A DNA stretch of 64,000 nucleotides from Dictyostelium discoideum. Lineage: Eukaryota. Of this stretch, positions 16,791 to 31,682 are shown piece after piece (position 1 is the first letter of the stretch; every line of letters starts with the position of its first letter). A program made the position numbers and the translations under genes. Under the pieces are notes generated by a model. The model was not told where the DNA came from, did no database searches, and saw nothing but the letters and a program-made list of their open reading frames with translations. The stretch covers positions 3,808,001 to 3,872,000 of the forward strand of contig CM000152.2 of assembly GCA_000004695.1 (NCBI GenBank), given 5' to 3'.

Positions 16791-16971
16791 TTTTCATATG
16801 AATTTGATATTCACCTTGATTTACATATCCAACTGGTACATCATTATCATTGTTGTTATTATTATTATTTTCCATACTATTATTATTATTATTATTATTA
16901 TTATTAGTGTTTATATTTATATTATTATTATTATTATTGATTTGGGTAACAGTGGTGGAGGTATTTGTCAT
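16495..16971 (-). CDS. Hypothetical ~120-aa protein, 2 exons: join(16495..16700,16815..16971)
   Basis: ATG at 16971 (MTNTSTTVTQINNNN...DNDVPVGYVNQ). Donor CAAG|GTGAAT is weak. The 114-bp intron contains a poly(A/T) run. TAG acceptor at 16701. Second exon reads GFENWKKINQKWRDAISSNPNCAVNKYKSVDAVTITEEFLNRGGVFSKRVPLPDLVAILAEEWENEEN*. No family recognised. Confidence 0.45.
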
Positions 16972-17255
16972 TATGGTTGGGAGTTTTTTTTTTAAAAAAA
17001 AAAATAAAATAAAAAAAATAAAATAAAAAAAAAAAAAAAAATAAAAAATAAAAACAAAAAAAAAAAAAATTAAAAAAATTAAAATAAATTAAAATTAACA
17101 CAAATTACTAATTTTTTTTTTTTTCATTTCATCATTTTATTTTGAAATTAGATGCACAATTCATCAAGATATAAAATTCCTAATATCAATATCAATAATA
17201 ATAACAATAATAAAAAATAAAAAAAAAAAATAAAAAAAAAAATAAAAATTAAAAA

Positions 17256-17461
17256 ATGATATCTCAATCTTCACCAGATGCATACAATTTCATGAAACCA
17301 TATATACCAAAAAGAGAAAACAGTTTCAAAGCAATCTTCATTCCAAATGATAGTAAAGTTGAACCTTTTGAAATTCATTTATCAAAAGATAAATTTTATG
17401 ATGAGTAATATCTTTTTAAAATTAAATTAAATTAAATCATCATTTTTAAAATACTAATAAT

Positions 17462-17513
<52 letters not shown>

Positions 17514-19473
17514 ATTTAATAGAGTTACAGAAATTTTAAATGGAAAAGGATTAAGAAAAGAATTAATATCAAAGAATGATGTTTCATATTATTTTTACCC
17601 AGATTGTAAAGTTGGTGATATTAAACCAATAAATGAAAGAGCATTGAAAACCAAGAAAAAGAAAGCATTGGGTGGTGACGCAGTGTTGATTAGGGGAAGC
17701 ATCGATAGGGTTGAGAGAGATTTAACTTATGAACAATTTTTAAGATTTGAAGAATTCTTTTCACCAAAACAAAGAGTATTCGATTTTGAAAATAATTATG
17801 ATGGTACGGGTTCCACTGATTTACTCTCAGTTTTATTTGAAAGTTCAACATGGAATTATAAAATTGATAAAGTTCAAAATGGCAGATACTTAAAGTTTCC
17901 TAATAATGCTGTTACAACCGATTGGAAGTTTGAGAAGAAACAACCTCATTCAATATTGAATGAATACAAAGCTGTCATTCAAGATACAACAATTTCAATT
18001 GACTCATTTTCAATTGGTCCTAATAATAGTTCACCATTCTTTTCAACTGCGACAATTAACAATGGTCCATTGGTAATCTATTCAAATCTTACAAAGAAAA
18101 AAGATGAATCAACTCATAATGTTTGTCATCGTGTTTTATATTATTTAGTAATTTTACAACAAAGATTATTAGGTTTTTCAAATGATGATAACAATATTGA
18201 AAATGATAAAAATAATTTTAGTTTTAAAAATGATTATTTAATTGAATTTAAAGAATTTGAAGAATTTGAAAATTTAAAAAATAATAATAATGATAATAAT
18301 AATGAAAATACTACAATTACTACAACAACAACAACAACAACAACATTAACAACAGTAAATACAACAAAAAATAATACAGAATTAAAAAAAAAATCAATAA
18401 TTGAAAAAACTGAAAATTTTATTAAAAATATTAAAAATGATAATGATATTATAACATTTTATGGTATTAAAATGAATAGAAATAATAAAGTAATTTATGT
18501 TACAAAAGGTATATCAAATATTGTTATAAATGAAAATGATAAAAAGAAAAAAGTAGAATTTGGTGATGAAGTTGTTGTTTCATTTTCATATTATTTAGCT
18601 GATGGGAAATTGGTAAAGGATCAAACTGAATTAACCATAACAGTTGGTGAATCTCAAAGTTGTATAGATGGTGTACACCATTCGTTAATGGAAATGCATG
18701 AAGGTGATTTAGTATTATCCATCGTTCATTCGAAATATGCGTATGGTGAAAAAGGTATAATCTTTGGTGACATTGATTTTTGTAATACTCTAGTGCCACC
18801 ATCATCAACCTTGGGTATTTTAATAGAACTATTAGAGATTAAACATCGTTCAAAATTGACAAACACTAAAGTTTCATCATTATCATTGAATGAGAAAATC
18901 GATTTAATTAAATCAAATAATAAAGAGGCCAAAGAGCATTTCTTGCGTAAAGATTATTTTAAAGCTTTGAAAATCTATAGAGGTAATAGAGTCTTATGTA
19001 ATCTTGACCTTATTGGTAAAGTCGATAGCGATGACCTATGGGACGAAATTAAATTATTGGCAGCTCAAACCCACACAAATCTCGCACTTTGCTATTTGGC
19101 CATGCCTTCACCACATCATCAAAGAATCATTGAATATTGTAATGAATCAATAGTTTTCGAAGAGACTAGTAAAGCTTATAGATTATCATCAGATGCATAT
19201 AAAGAATTAAATAATATTGAAAAAGCAATTGAGCAAATGGAAATTGCTAAAGAAATCGATTTCAATATTGATGATCATTTTAAAAGTAATCCAGAAAATA
19301 AAAATAAAATTAATCCAGTGCAAACTCTCTCTCAATCTCAATATATTCAAAAGATTAATTCTTTAAAAAAATTGGAAAGAAAAGAACTTGAAGATGAAAA
19401 AAATGTTTATAAAAATATTTTAAAAAATTTAGAATCTTCTGGTTTTGATCTTGCAAAAGATGATCATTTTTAA
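17256..19473 (+). CDS. FKBP-type peptidyl-prolyl isomerase domain protein with C-terminal TPR repeats, ~699 aa: join(17256..17404,17523..19473)
   Basis: ATG at 17256 (MISQSSPDAYNFMKPYIPK...). GTAATA donor after ...FYDE. The 118-bp A-rich intron ends TTTAATAG and exon 2 continues in frame. FKBP domain GDEVVVSFSYYLADGKLVKDQTELTITVGESQSCIDGVHHSLMEMHEGDLVLSIVHSKYAYGEKGI. TPR-like region EAKEHFLRKDYFKALKIYRG...NLALCYLAM. Confidence 0.7.
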
Positions 19474-19971
19474 AAAAAAAGAAAGTATAAATCTAAAAAT
19501 ATATTTTTTTTTTTTTTTTTTTTCTGAGAAAGGAAAAAAAGAAAAAAAAAAAAAAAAAATCTAGTCAACAAATGTTGATCAATATTATACAATTATTTAT
19601 TTATTTTATAGAAAAAAAAAAAAAAAAAAAAAAGTAATAAATAACAAAATAATATATCAAAAAAAAAAAAAAAAAAAAAAAAAAAATAAAATAAAAGTAT
19701 AATATTATTTGTTTTTAAAATAATAGTTAATTAAGAAACTATTTATTTTAATTTCTAATAAAATTCTCAAACTAATTAATTTTTTTTTAAAATATTAAAA
19801 TGATATTTGTTTATTTATTAATTTTTTTGATTTAAAAAGTTTAATTTTATTTTATTTAATTTATTTACAAATTTATTTATTTATTCTATTTACATGATTT
19901 CTTTTATATTTATAGTTTTTTTTTTTTTTTTTTTTTTTTTTAATTGTTATTCTAATTTTTAAAAAAATTGA

Positions 19972-22000
<2,029 letters not shown>

Positions 22001-22791
22001 TTAGTTTTTTTATAAAAAAAAAAAAAAAAATATATAAAATTATAAATTATTTTATTTGTTTTTTGTTATTTTTTTTTTTTGTGTTTTATGTTGTTGTTTT
22101 TTTTTTTTTTTTTTGGTTGTTTTTTGCTTATATATATATATCATCTGATTCCTTCAAAAAAATAAAAAACAAAAAAAAAACAAAAAAAAAAAAAAAAAAA
22201 AGTTAAAAAAAAAAAACAACACAACAAATTTTGATAAGGTGTTTTTTCACATTAAAAAAAAACAAAAACAACTTTTTTAAAATTTTTTTCTTTTATTTTT
22301 TTAAGATATTTTTACTTTTTTTTTTTTTTGGTTGGTGGTTACTTTTTTTTTTTTTTTTTAATTAAATTACCCATCTTTTTTATTTTTAGGAAAAAAAAAA
22401 AAAAAATTAATAAATTTTTTTTATAATTTTATTTTTAGTTTTTTTTTTTTTTAAAGTGTGGGATAAAATTATATCTACCCTATATCCTAAAGTCTTGGAT
22501 AAAATCTCGTGACATTTTTTTATTATTTTTTTTATTCTCAAATTTAATTTAGTTTTTTTTTTTATTTTTAACATGATCAACTATTTTTTTAATTTTTTTA
22601 ATTTAATTTAAACTCATTTTTATAATAAAAAAAAAAAAAAATATATATGTATATTAATGTGATGTAATCCATTTTTTAATAATTTAAAATGTATCTTTTT
22701 TTTTTCTTTTTTTTTATATTTTTTTTTTTTTTTTGAATATTTGGAAACAAATTATTTTTATTAATTTTAATAGTTTTTTTTTTTTTTTTTT

Positions 22792-22868
22792 TTTTAATCA
22801 TATTTTAAAACAACATTTTGAATACCAATTTGAGCTATAGTATTGATTAATTAAGGATCATTTGTTTG
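22792..22868 (-). pseudogene. Degenerate ~75-bp duplicate of the 3' end of the adjacent GST gene, including its stop codon
   Basis: 22792-22868 (TTTTTTTAATCATATTTTAAAACAACATTTTGAATACCAATTTGAGCTATAGTATTGATTAATTAAGGATCATTTG) parallels 22868-22945 with ~80% identity. Minus translation ...NDP*LINTIAQIGIQNVVLKYD* versus genuine TNDPELINAKAPVGIENVVLKYD*. Confidence 0.55.
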
Positions 22869-22873
22869 TTTTT

Positions 22874-23824
22874 TTAATCATATTTTAAAACAACGTTTTC
22901 AATACCAACTGGAGCTTTAGCATTGATTAATTCAGGATCATTGGTAAATAATGCACGAATTCCAGCTGTACTGAAATTTTTAAATCCTTCAGAAATTTGT
23001 TGATTAACTTGTTTAACAGCATCTCTTTGACCAATTAAATCTAACCATTTAAAAATATTTGGGAAACGTTCTTTAGTTGCATTATAAAATGGTACAAAGT
23101 TTAAGTATAATAACCATCCGGCACTTGCAATATCAGCAATTGAAAATTCATTTCCACCAATATATGGTGATACTGATAATCTATCATCTAACAATCTAAG
23201 AACACGTTGAGCTTCATTATTAAATCTATGTAAAGAATATTCTTGAACAGTTGGTGAAAAGTATGAAAAATGGAAAAATTGTCCAAATGCTGGTCCAAGG
23301 TTGGCTGGAAAACAAAAAAATAAAAAAAAAAAAAAATGTTATTGTTAAAAATTTATACTTTGTTTTTTTTTTTAACAAACAAATTTATTTAAAAACATAC
23401 CTGCTTGCCAAACTGACCATGTAATAACATCAGAATTTTCTTTTGGATTGGTTTTAAAATCTGGAAGGAAAGTATTATATTTTTGTGCTAAATATATTAA
23501 AATTGATACAGATTCGAAAACTATTATTGGTTTTTCTCCAGTTTGATCAACAATTGCTGGAACTTTTTTATTTGGATTAATCTAATATTTTATAAAAATT
23601 TATTAATATTAAAATAAATAAATAAAAATTAAAATTAAATAAAATTTAATTACTTTTACAAACTCATCAGAATAATTTTCTTTTTTTGTAATATCGATGG
23701 TTTTACTTTCATAAGTGATACCATGTGAATTTTCTAATTCGAGTAAAATTAATTTAATTTTATAAGTATTTGGAGTACCATTTGTATAAAAAATGAAGTC
23801 AACTTTATTATTAATTTCAATCAT
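22874..23824 (-). CDS. Glutathione S-transferase, Ure2p/Nu-class-like, 260 aa: join(22874..23304,23401..23581,23654..23824)
   Basis: N-terminal thioredoxin-fold exon MIEINNKVDFIFYTNGTPNTYKIKLILLELENSHGITYESKTIDITKKENYSDEFVK, then a GTAATT donor. Exon 2 INPNKKVPAIVDQTGEKPIIVFESVSILIYLAQKYNTF...WSVWQA, then a GTATGT donor. Exon 3 ANLGPAFGQFFHFSYFSP...GGNEFSIADIASAGWLLY...KYD*. The IPAIVD and GQ..HF motifs are typical of the Ure2p-like GST branch. Confidence 0.8.
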
Positions 23825-24476
23825 TTTATTATTATTATTTTTTAAAAATTTTGTATTGTAAAAATTTATATTATTATTATTATTTTATTGAATTTATTTA
23901 TTTGTTTTTTTGTATTTTTTGTTTTTTATATAATACTTTAAAAAAAAAAAATTATCATTTTTATACTTATTTTTAATATTCCATGACGTTATAAAAATTT
24001 AATAATTTAAAATTACGTAATAAAAAATTTTAGATTATCTTCTGAATAGTCTTCTATTTTTAAAAAAAAAAACCATAACTATAATTATTTTTTAATGATT
24101 CATTCGCGAACAAAAAAAAGATCCCACAAAAAAAAAAAATTGCAAATTCATTACAAAAAAAAAAAAAAAATAAAAAAATTAAATATCGTGATAAATCTTT
24201 AAATTTTTATTTTTATTTTATATTTTATTTTTTTCATTAATTTTAAAAATAAAAAGTTCTGCTATTTTATCTAATTTTATTTGAAATTGATCAAAATTTT
24301 CAAACCATTTTTTTTTTATTTTTATTTTTTATTTTTTTTTTTTATGATTTCTATGAGCGTGAAATTGAATTTTTTATTTTTTATTTTTTTTTTTACCACA
24401 AGAAAATGATAAAATTAAAGTGTTTTTTTTTTCCTGTCAATCCAAAAACTTCAATTAAATAATAAAATATAATAAA

Positions 24477-24743
24477 ATGAAAGATGAAGATGTTAGACCT
24501 ATAGTTATTGATAATGGTTCTGGTATGTGTAAAGCTGGGTTTGCAGGTGATGATGCTCCACGTGCTGTTTTCCCATCGGTCGTTGGTCGTCCAAGACATA
24601 CAGGCGTAATAGTGGGTATGGGCGAAAAAGATTCATATGTTGGTGATGAAGCTCAGTTGAAAAGGGGTTTAATTAAACAAGGTATTGTTATAAATTGGGA
24701 AAATATGGAAATAATTTGGCATTATACTAAACCAAACATTTAA
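24477..24743 (+). pseudogene. Actin N-terminal fragment (truncated/decayed actin copy)
   Basis: [88 protein letters not shown]. The first ~70 residues are near-identical to actin. An internal deletion (the LTLKYPIEH region is missing), divergence after IWH and a stop follow. No continuation of actin appears downstream in any frame. Confidence 0.7.
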
Positions 24744-25481
24744 TTAACAGTGATGCTACTTTGTATTTGGAATAGCTGTTGGTATTGAACCAAATAAACC
24801 AGAGTTGTAGCTACAATTTTTTGTTGAACTGGTTGAATTAAACCACCTTCAGTAGCTGCTGCTGATTGAGGTTGACTAAAGCACATCATGATGAGCTAAC
24901 TGTAGTAGTTTGGACACAAGTGATTGGTTGTGTTTGACTATCTAATAATGATGTAGTTGGATGTGTGTTAACGATGATTGCATATTGGTAAATAATGAAG
25001 ATGACGGTGATGCCGTTGCTTATTGTACTATTACTGATGAGTCGGTGGTGTTGATATTGTATGGTGATTATTTGCATTGCTGATCGATATGCTAACATCT
25101 CTCTTTGTTGTTTCTATAGTATTTTTTCATTGTTATTATTATAACATTTAATTTTTTGTTGTTGTAATATTTATTATTATTGCTTTAAAAATAAGATGAT
25201 GTGAAATAAAAAATAAAAAAAATGTTTGGTTGGTGCTGTTAAATAAAAAATAAAAAATAATTGTTAATTTTTTTTATTATTTCATTAATTAATTTTTTTC
25301 AAAACGGATTTATTTAAAAATAGATTCGACAAAAAAAAAAAATAATAAAAATAAAAATAAAAATAAAAATGTAAAAAAATAAAAAAAAAAAAAAATTGAA
25401 AATTGAAAATTTGAAAAGTTTTCATTTTTTTTTTGAAAATCAAACAAAGACAAAAAAAAAAAAAAAAAAAAAGAATCAAAT

Positions 25482-25611
25482 ATGTACAGTGGTGATGATG
25501 TATCAGCAATCGTTATTGATGTTGGAACCTTTTCAACAAAAGGTGGTTATGCTGGTGAAGATTCACCAAAAGCAGTATTTCCAACTGTAAGTTTTTTTTT
25601 TAAATTTTTTT

Positions 25612-25644
<33 letters not shown>

Positions 25645-26285
25645 CTAATCTGCTAATATTCAATAATTTATTATTAGGATATAGGTGTTGTATATAAAAA
25701 CGAGAATGAAACAGTTGGAACAGGTGATTCTGAAATGGGTGAAAAAGATGATTCAGAACCAAAGAGAACTTATTATTGTGGTACAAATGGTATCACTTAT
25801 AGAAGACCACATATGGAGATCATTAATCCTTTATCCGATGGTTTAAGTAAATTTTAAATTTTATAAAAAATTTATTAAATAATAATAATAACAACAATAA
25901 CAATAATAATAATAATTTATAAAAATATTAATTTTAATTATTATTATTATTTTTTTTTTTTTTTCACAAACACCCAGTTAAAAATTGGGATGCGATGGAA
26001 CAAATTTGGAATCATACTTTCTATGAAAGATTACATATCAACCCAATTGAACATCCAATATTATTAGCAGAACCAACATATAATACAAGAGCAATTAGAG
26101 AGAAAGTAACAGAGATTATGTTTGAAAAATATCATGCACCAGCATTATTCATTGCAAAGAATGCTGTTTTATCTTCATTTGCAAGTTCAAAAGCATCTTC
26201 ATTAGTATTAGATTCTGGTGGTGGTATGACTTCTGTCACACCTGTATTTGAAGGTTTTGTTGTTAAAAATGGTAAAATTATTAAA

Positions 26286-26375
<90 letters not shown>

Positions 26376-26378
26376 TGG

Positions 26379-26437
<59 letters not shown>

Positions 26438-27332
26438 AAACTAATATTCTTATTAATATTAATACAAATAATAATAATAATGAATAGGTATTGTAAAATC
26501 AAATTTAGCAGGTAATAGATTAACAGAAGAATATTATAGAATTTTATCTAGTAAAAATATTACAGTCAATCCAATTAATTTAATTAAAAAAGTAGAGATT
26601 AAAACTGGTGAATTTGGTATTACACCATACAATATACCAACACTCACTGAATCTTATAAAAGATATGTTACATTAGAAACTATTAGAGATTTAAAAGAAA
26701 CTTCTTGTAGAGTTTCTGATACAAAGGATTTAGGTGAAGAGTAAGAATATATATATATATTTTAAAAACTACAAAAATAATAATAATAATAATAATTTTA
26801 ATATTAATATAAACATTAATAATTTAATAGTATAAATATAGCACAAGTACCATATGAATTGCCAGATGGTAATTTATTAGAGATTGGTTCAGATAGATTT
26901 CAAATTCCTGAATTATTATTTAATCCAACACCATTGAATGAACAAATTTTAAATAACAATAATAATAATAGCAATGGTGAGAATACAACAACATCATCAG
27001 TTGTTCAACAACCACAATATCAAGGATTAGGAAGAATGATTATAGAATCATTAGAGAAAAGTGATACAGATATTCGTAAAGAATTAATAAGTAATTTAAT
27101 TATAACTGGTGGTAATACATTATTTGCAGGTTTCCAAGAAAGATTAGTTAGAGACATTTCTGAAATCTCTTATAATAAACCAAAAATCGTTGCAAATCAA
27201 ACTGAAAAAAAGAATTCAGTTTGGATTGGTGGTTCTGTTCTTGGTTCATTAGGTACTTTTCAACAAATGTGGATGTCAAAATCTGAATGGGAAGAATTTG
27301 GTCGTCCATTAGTTGAAAAGAAATGTCCATAA
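25482..27332 (+). CDS. arpD: Actin-related protein 4 (Arp4/BAF53-like), 440 aa, 5 exons: join(25482..25586,25678..25846,25978..26271,26488..26740,26831..27332)
   Basis: Actin fold from [35 protein letters not shown], ...[33 protein letters not shown]..., ...[22 protein letters not shown].... The C-terminus ...[34 protein letters not shown] matches the Arp4/ACTL6 signature ...ERKCP. Donors GTAAGT/GTAAAT/GTAAAA/GTAAGA, all phases checked. Intron 3 carries (ATT)~50. The symbol is from memory of Dictyostelium arp naming and is not certain. Confidence 0.8.
26280..26440. repeat. (ATT)n microsatellite, ~50 units, in intron 3 of the Arp4 gene
   Basis: Direct reading. The unspliced frame reads poly-Ile to a stop at 26438. 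Confidence 0.9.
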
Positions 27333-27529
27333 AATACATAATTAATTTCAAAAATAAAAAAAAAAATAAAAAAAATAAAAAAAAAAAAAGTTAAACTAAA
27401 TAAATGACATATATATGTGTGTGTGTGTGTGTGTAAATCCAAATTATAAATTGGATACAAATATTGAATATGAGAAAAAGGATTTTTTTTTTTTTTTTTT
27501 TTTTTAGTTTTTAGTTTTTAATTTTTTAT

Positions 27530-27998
27530 TTAAATATGAGTATCTAATCTATTATGAACTTCTTCTTGAATTCTTGTTAAATAACGTAAATAAACAGTTT
27601 GTTTTAAAGCTTCTTGATAATTTTTATTTTGAAATTCGTTTTCTAATTTTTCAACTACATCATTAATCTTTTGACGATTTTCATGTGCAATCTTTGTAAT
27701 ATCCTCTTCGGTACCTTCATCAATTGCTTCTCTAACCTCTAAAACCTCCATTAAAACTTCTGGGTCAACATCACCTACTGATGATAAATCTAATCCCTTT
27801 TGATTTAAAATGTATTCTGCTCTTAAAAATGGTGATTTCAATATGTTATGTGCTGTATTTAAAGATGTTGTAATCTCTTTTGATATATTCTTCTCTTTTT
27901 GACTATCACTTTGTTCAAATAAATCTGGATGTAATTGTTTTTGTAACTTTTTAAATCTATGTGATAAATCTTTTAAATCTACACGAAATGATGGTTTA

Positions 27999-28039
<41 letters not shown>

Positions 28040-28519
28040 CCAAAAAAAAAAAAGAAAAAGATTTAGAAAGTGTAATAGAATAAATACATACATATCAAAT
28101 AGATAAAATATATCAATACTATCATCCATTTGTTGAACTTTATTACACATTGGGCAAAATATCTTTTTCTTTTCAATATGTTCATTACATGACCAACATG
28201 GACTTGCTTTTATTTTTTTTAAAAGTTCACTACCATGGTTACTACCACTACTATTATTATTATTATTATTATTATTGTTGTTACTACCACAAGTTGAACT
28301 ACAATTACTATTATTACCACAACCGTTTTGTGTACTTGTTGTACTATAAAATTTGTTGATTGAGGATTCTGGTGATTTATTAAAAATGAAATTATTATTA
28401 TTTATATATTTATTGATTGGTGATGTATAATAATTATTATTATTTATAAATTTTATATTAGCAGGATTTACAACTTTAAAATTTTTATTATTGAATAATA
28501 TATTTAATGTTTTATTCAT
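27530..28519 (-). CDS. Iron-sulfur cluster co-chaperone HscB/Jac1 (J-domain, HSC20 family), 298 aa: join(27530..27998,28092..28519)
   Basis: ATG at 28519. N-terminal tetracysteine CWSCNEHIEKKKIFCPMCNKVQ, as in eukaryotic HSCB. GTATGT donor after ...YLFD. AAAAAG acceptor. J-domain IKPSFRVDLKDLSHRFKKLQKQLHPDLF with the HPD motif. C-terminal helical domain ...YQEALKQTVYLRYLTRIQEEV.... Confidence 0.8.
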
Positions 28520-28783
28520 TTTGTTTTTCTTTTGTTAATTTCACAATGTTATGAAAAGAAATGCATTTCTTTTTTTCATTTTTTAGTTTTTGTTTTTTTT
28601 TTTTTTTTTTTAATTTTTATTTTTTTTTTATTTTTTAATTTTTTTTAAAAGGAAATAAAAAATATCTGAAAAACATCCAGCAAATTATTAGGTCCAAAAA
28701 AGGTTTTGTTTTTTTTTTTTTGTTTTTTTTTTATTTTTTAAATTAATTAATTTAATATTTTTTATTTTTAATTTTTTAACTAT

Positions 28784-28950
28784 TTATGTCCATGGATAAA
28801 AATTAGTAAATAAAACAGAACCTAAAACATTATAAAGTATAAAATAAGATAAAATTAAAATTCTTTCAACTCTTTCTTTTTTGCAAGATTTTGATGTTAA
28901 TTTTGATTCTTCTTTTTTCTTTATACCAGTATTATTATTATTATTATTAC

Positions 28951-29045
<95 letters not shown>

Positions 29046-30222
29046 TTATTATCATTATTATTACTACTAGAATCAGACATTCTTGGTGAAGAAGTTGGAA
29101 CTTCAGGAATTTTATTCATAAAGAATTTAGCACAGAACCAAAATATTAAAGGTGAATGAATGAAAAATCTTGTAATAACTTGAACATGCATAAAAGTTAC
29201 AGAGAAAATTGTTAAAAATGATAGATAAACAATGAATGGTAATAAATGTGGACTATAGTAAACAACAGAGAAAGTATCACTTGTATGACCAATTGAAGCC
29301 AATTGTGAAGTTGTATCAATTGTTATATTCTTTGATCTACTTTTAAAAGTTGAATAAATCATTTGATTTGGTTGATTTATAAAATATCTTAAATAACTTA
29401 AAATTGAACCAACCGATAATAATACCATTGGTGTTGCAAATAAAAAGTTTGGAATTTGACTAACTGTATAATAATTAAAAAATCCTTGATTCCAATAATG
29501 ATTTTGAACAAATCCATATAAATTTGGATATTTAAATAATCCACTTGTATCACCACTACCACACCATGGTCTTGGCCAATCACCATTTTTAATTAATTCA
29601 AAGTTGTTATTATTATTATTATTACAAAATCTTGAATAACCATAATATTGAAAAATAATATATGGTAAAATTATAATTAATGATTGAATTATTATTAATA
29701 ATGGATATAATAATAAATCTTTTGATAGTGTTGAATTATCGAAAGCACTATTTACAAGTGGTAATTTATCCATTGAATTTGAAGGTTTCAACAAATAAGT
29801 TTTCTTATAGGTTTTAGTTGAATGTAAAAATCTAAGAATTAATCTTGCCATATGAGTTATATAACTTGAATAGTAAGTATAAATTATGAAACCACACATT
29901 AATATACCATTTGATCTTGTTGCAGTTGCCAAAGAGAAAAATAAACTTGCCAAAGTTGTACACCAAATCTTTCTTGATAATGGCATTGAATGTGTACCTA
30001 ATTCTCTACCATTCATTTCTAATAAATAATAATCACCACCAAATACTTGTACTAATCCACTAAATATCATTAAATTAAATAAATTCTCTGTATAAACTGC
30101 TGTTGTAAATACTCCTGCTGGATTAATACAATATAATAATGTTGCTGTGAATGCAAATTCACTATTATTAAATATAATATATCCTAATCTATTTATTTAT
30201 TTTTTTTGAAAGTAATAATATC

Positions 30223-30277
<55 letters not shown>

Positions 30278-30939
30278 TTTAATATTTATTATTAATTATT
30301 ATTTATTATTATTATTATAATAGTTTTAATATTTACTTTAATAATTGAACTGCTGATAAAACAAATGATAAATTACTAATAATAAAACCTGATACTATAA
30401 TACAATCACTAAATGATAGTGAATGAATAAATGAAAAACTATTTAAAGCTAATAATAATAATAATAATAAAAATATTAGTAAATTAGAATTATTTAATTT
30501 TGTACTTATATAGGTATAGTTATTGTTTTTATAATAAGAAAAAATTACCTTTTCCAACAATATTCATTAATAAAGGGAATAAAGGAAAAAATGCATGATT
30601 TTGTTCATGTTCATAACCAAATTCAGCGATTCTAATGAAATAGATACTATCCCATTTAACAAAAATTCTTTTAATAAGGAAATTTACAATTGGTGATGTA
30701 TTTGAATGATCTTTTAAATTTGATATTGATGATTTTTCGTCATTTAAAATTAAAGAGGAGTCATTTGGTTCCTTTAATGGTGATAATGCATTTATTGATG
30801 TTGAACTATCGAAATTTTCTAATTGTTGTGATACTATTAAACAATAAATCCAAATAATTAATTTACAAATAATTGCAACTTTGATTATTGTATTTCTTTG
30901 TTTTTTATATTTAATTATATTATTATTTAATATTTTCAT
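28784..30939 (-). CDS. GPI mannosyltransferase 2 (PIG-V family), ~635 aa: join(28784..30188,30337..30448,30549..30939)
   Basis: First true ATG at 30939 (MKILNNNIIKYKKQ...); the ORF-track start at 30966 is GTG. Exon 1 has the PIG-V motif KWDSIYFIRIAEFGYEHEQNHAFFPLFPLLM, then a GTAATT donor. Exon 2 ALNSFSFIHSLSFSDCIIVSGFIISNLSFVLSAVQLLK, then a GTAAAT donor. Exon 3 is the large multi-TM ORF with a poly-Asn insert. Confidence 0.75.
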
Positions 30940-31297
30940 TGTTTTTTTCTTTTTTTTTAATTTCACAAAAAATGAAAAAAAAAAAAAATAAAAAAAATAA
31001 AAAAAAAAAAAAAAAAAAAACCAATTTGATATTTATTTTTTATTTATTTTCCTTTTTTTTTTTTTTACTTAACAACGATTTAATTTTATTTAATTTAATT
31101 TTAAAAAGAATTTAGTATAAAAAAATAGAACACCCATAAATACACGAAACGATATAAAATATAAAAAAAATGAATGTAACCATTGAATCTTTTTTTATTT
31201 TTTAATTAATTCAATTCTAGTTGTTCCTCAAAATAAAAAAAAAGTCGATTCTAAAAAATAATAAATGAAAAAAAAATATATTTTATTGGAGCTTTTT

Positions 31298-31651
31298 TAT
31301 AAATTATTTTTAGTTATTTTAATTTATTTTTAGTTTTTTGATTTCAAATTATTTTTATATTAATAAATGATATCATCTTCTTTTCAAAATGCCATAGTGC
31401 ATAGATAAATCTTTCCTTTCTCTGACTTTTGATTAGAATTGATTCATTTTATTTGTTTAGAAATAATGATGATCAACCTTTCTTTATGATATAGTGCATA
31501 GATAAATCTTTCCTTTCTCTATCATTTGATTGGTATTGATTCATATATTATATTATCTAGATTATAATTGAATTTAACCCATTTTTATTTGGTAAAATTA
31601 CTCTATAAAAAAATAATAATAAAGTTAGATTAAAATTGTTTTTTTTTTTAT

Positions 31652-31682
<31 letters not shown>

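Noticed and set aside
24886-25098. 70-aa minus-strand ORF in the GC-enriched segment
   Set aside because: It has no recognisable family, rare codons, and is immediately followed by a +1-frame ORF. I treat it as a decayed fragment and discuss it only as part of the finding at 24477-25100, not as a gene.
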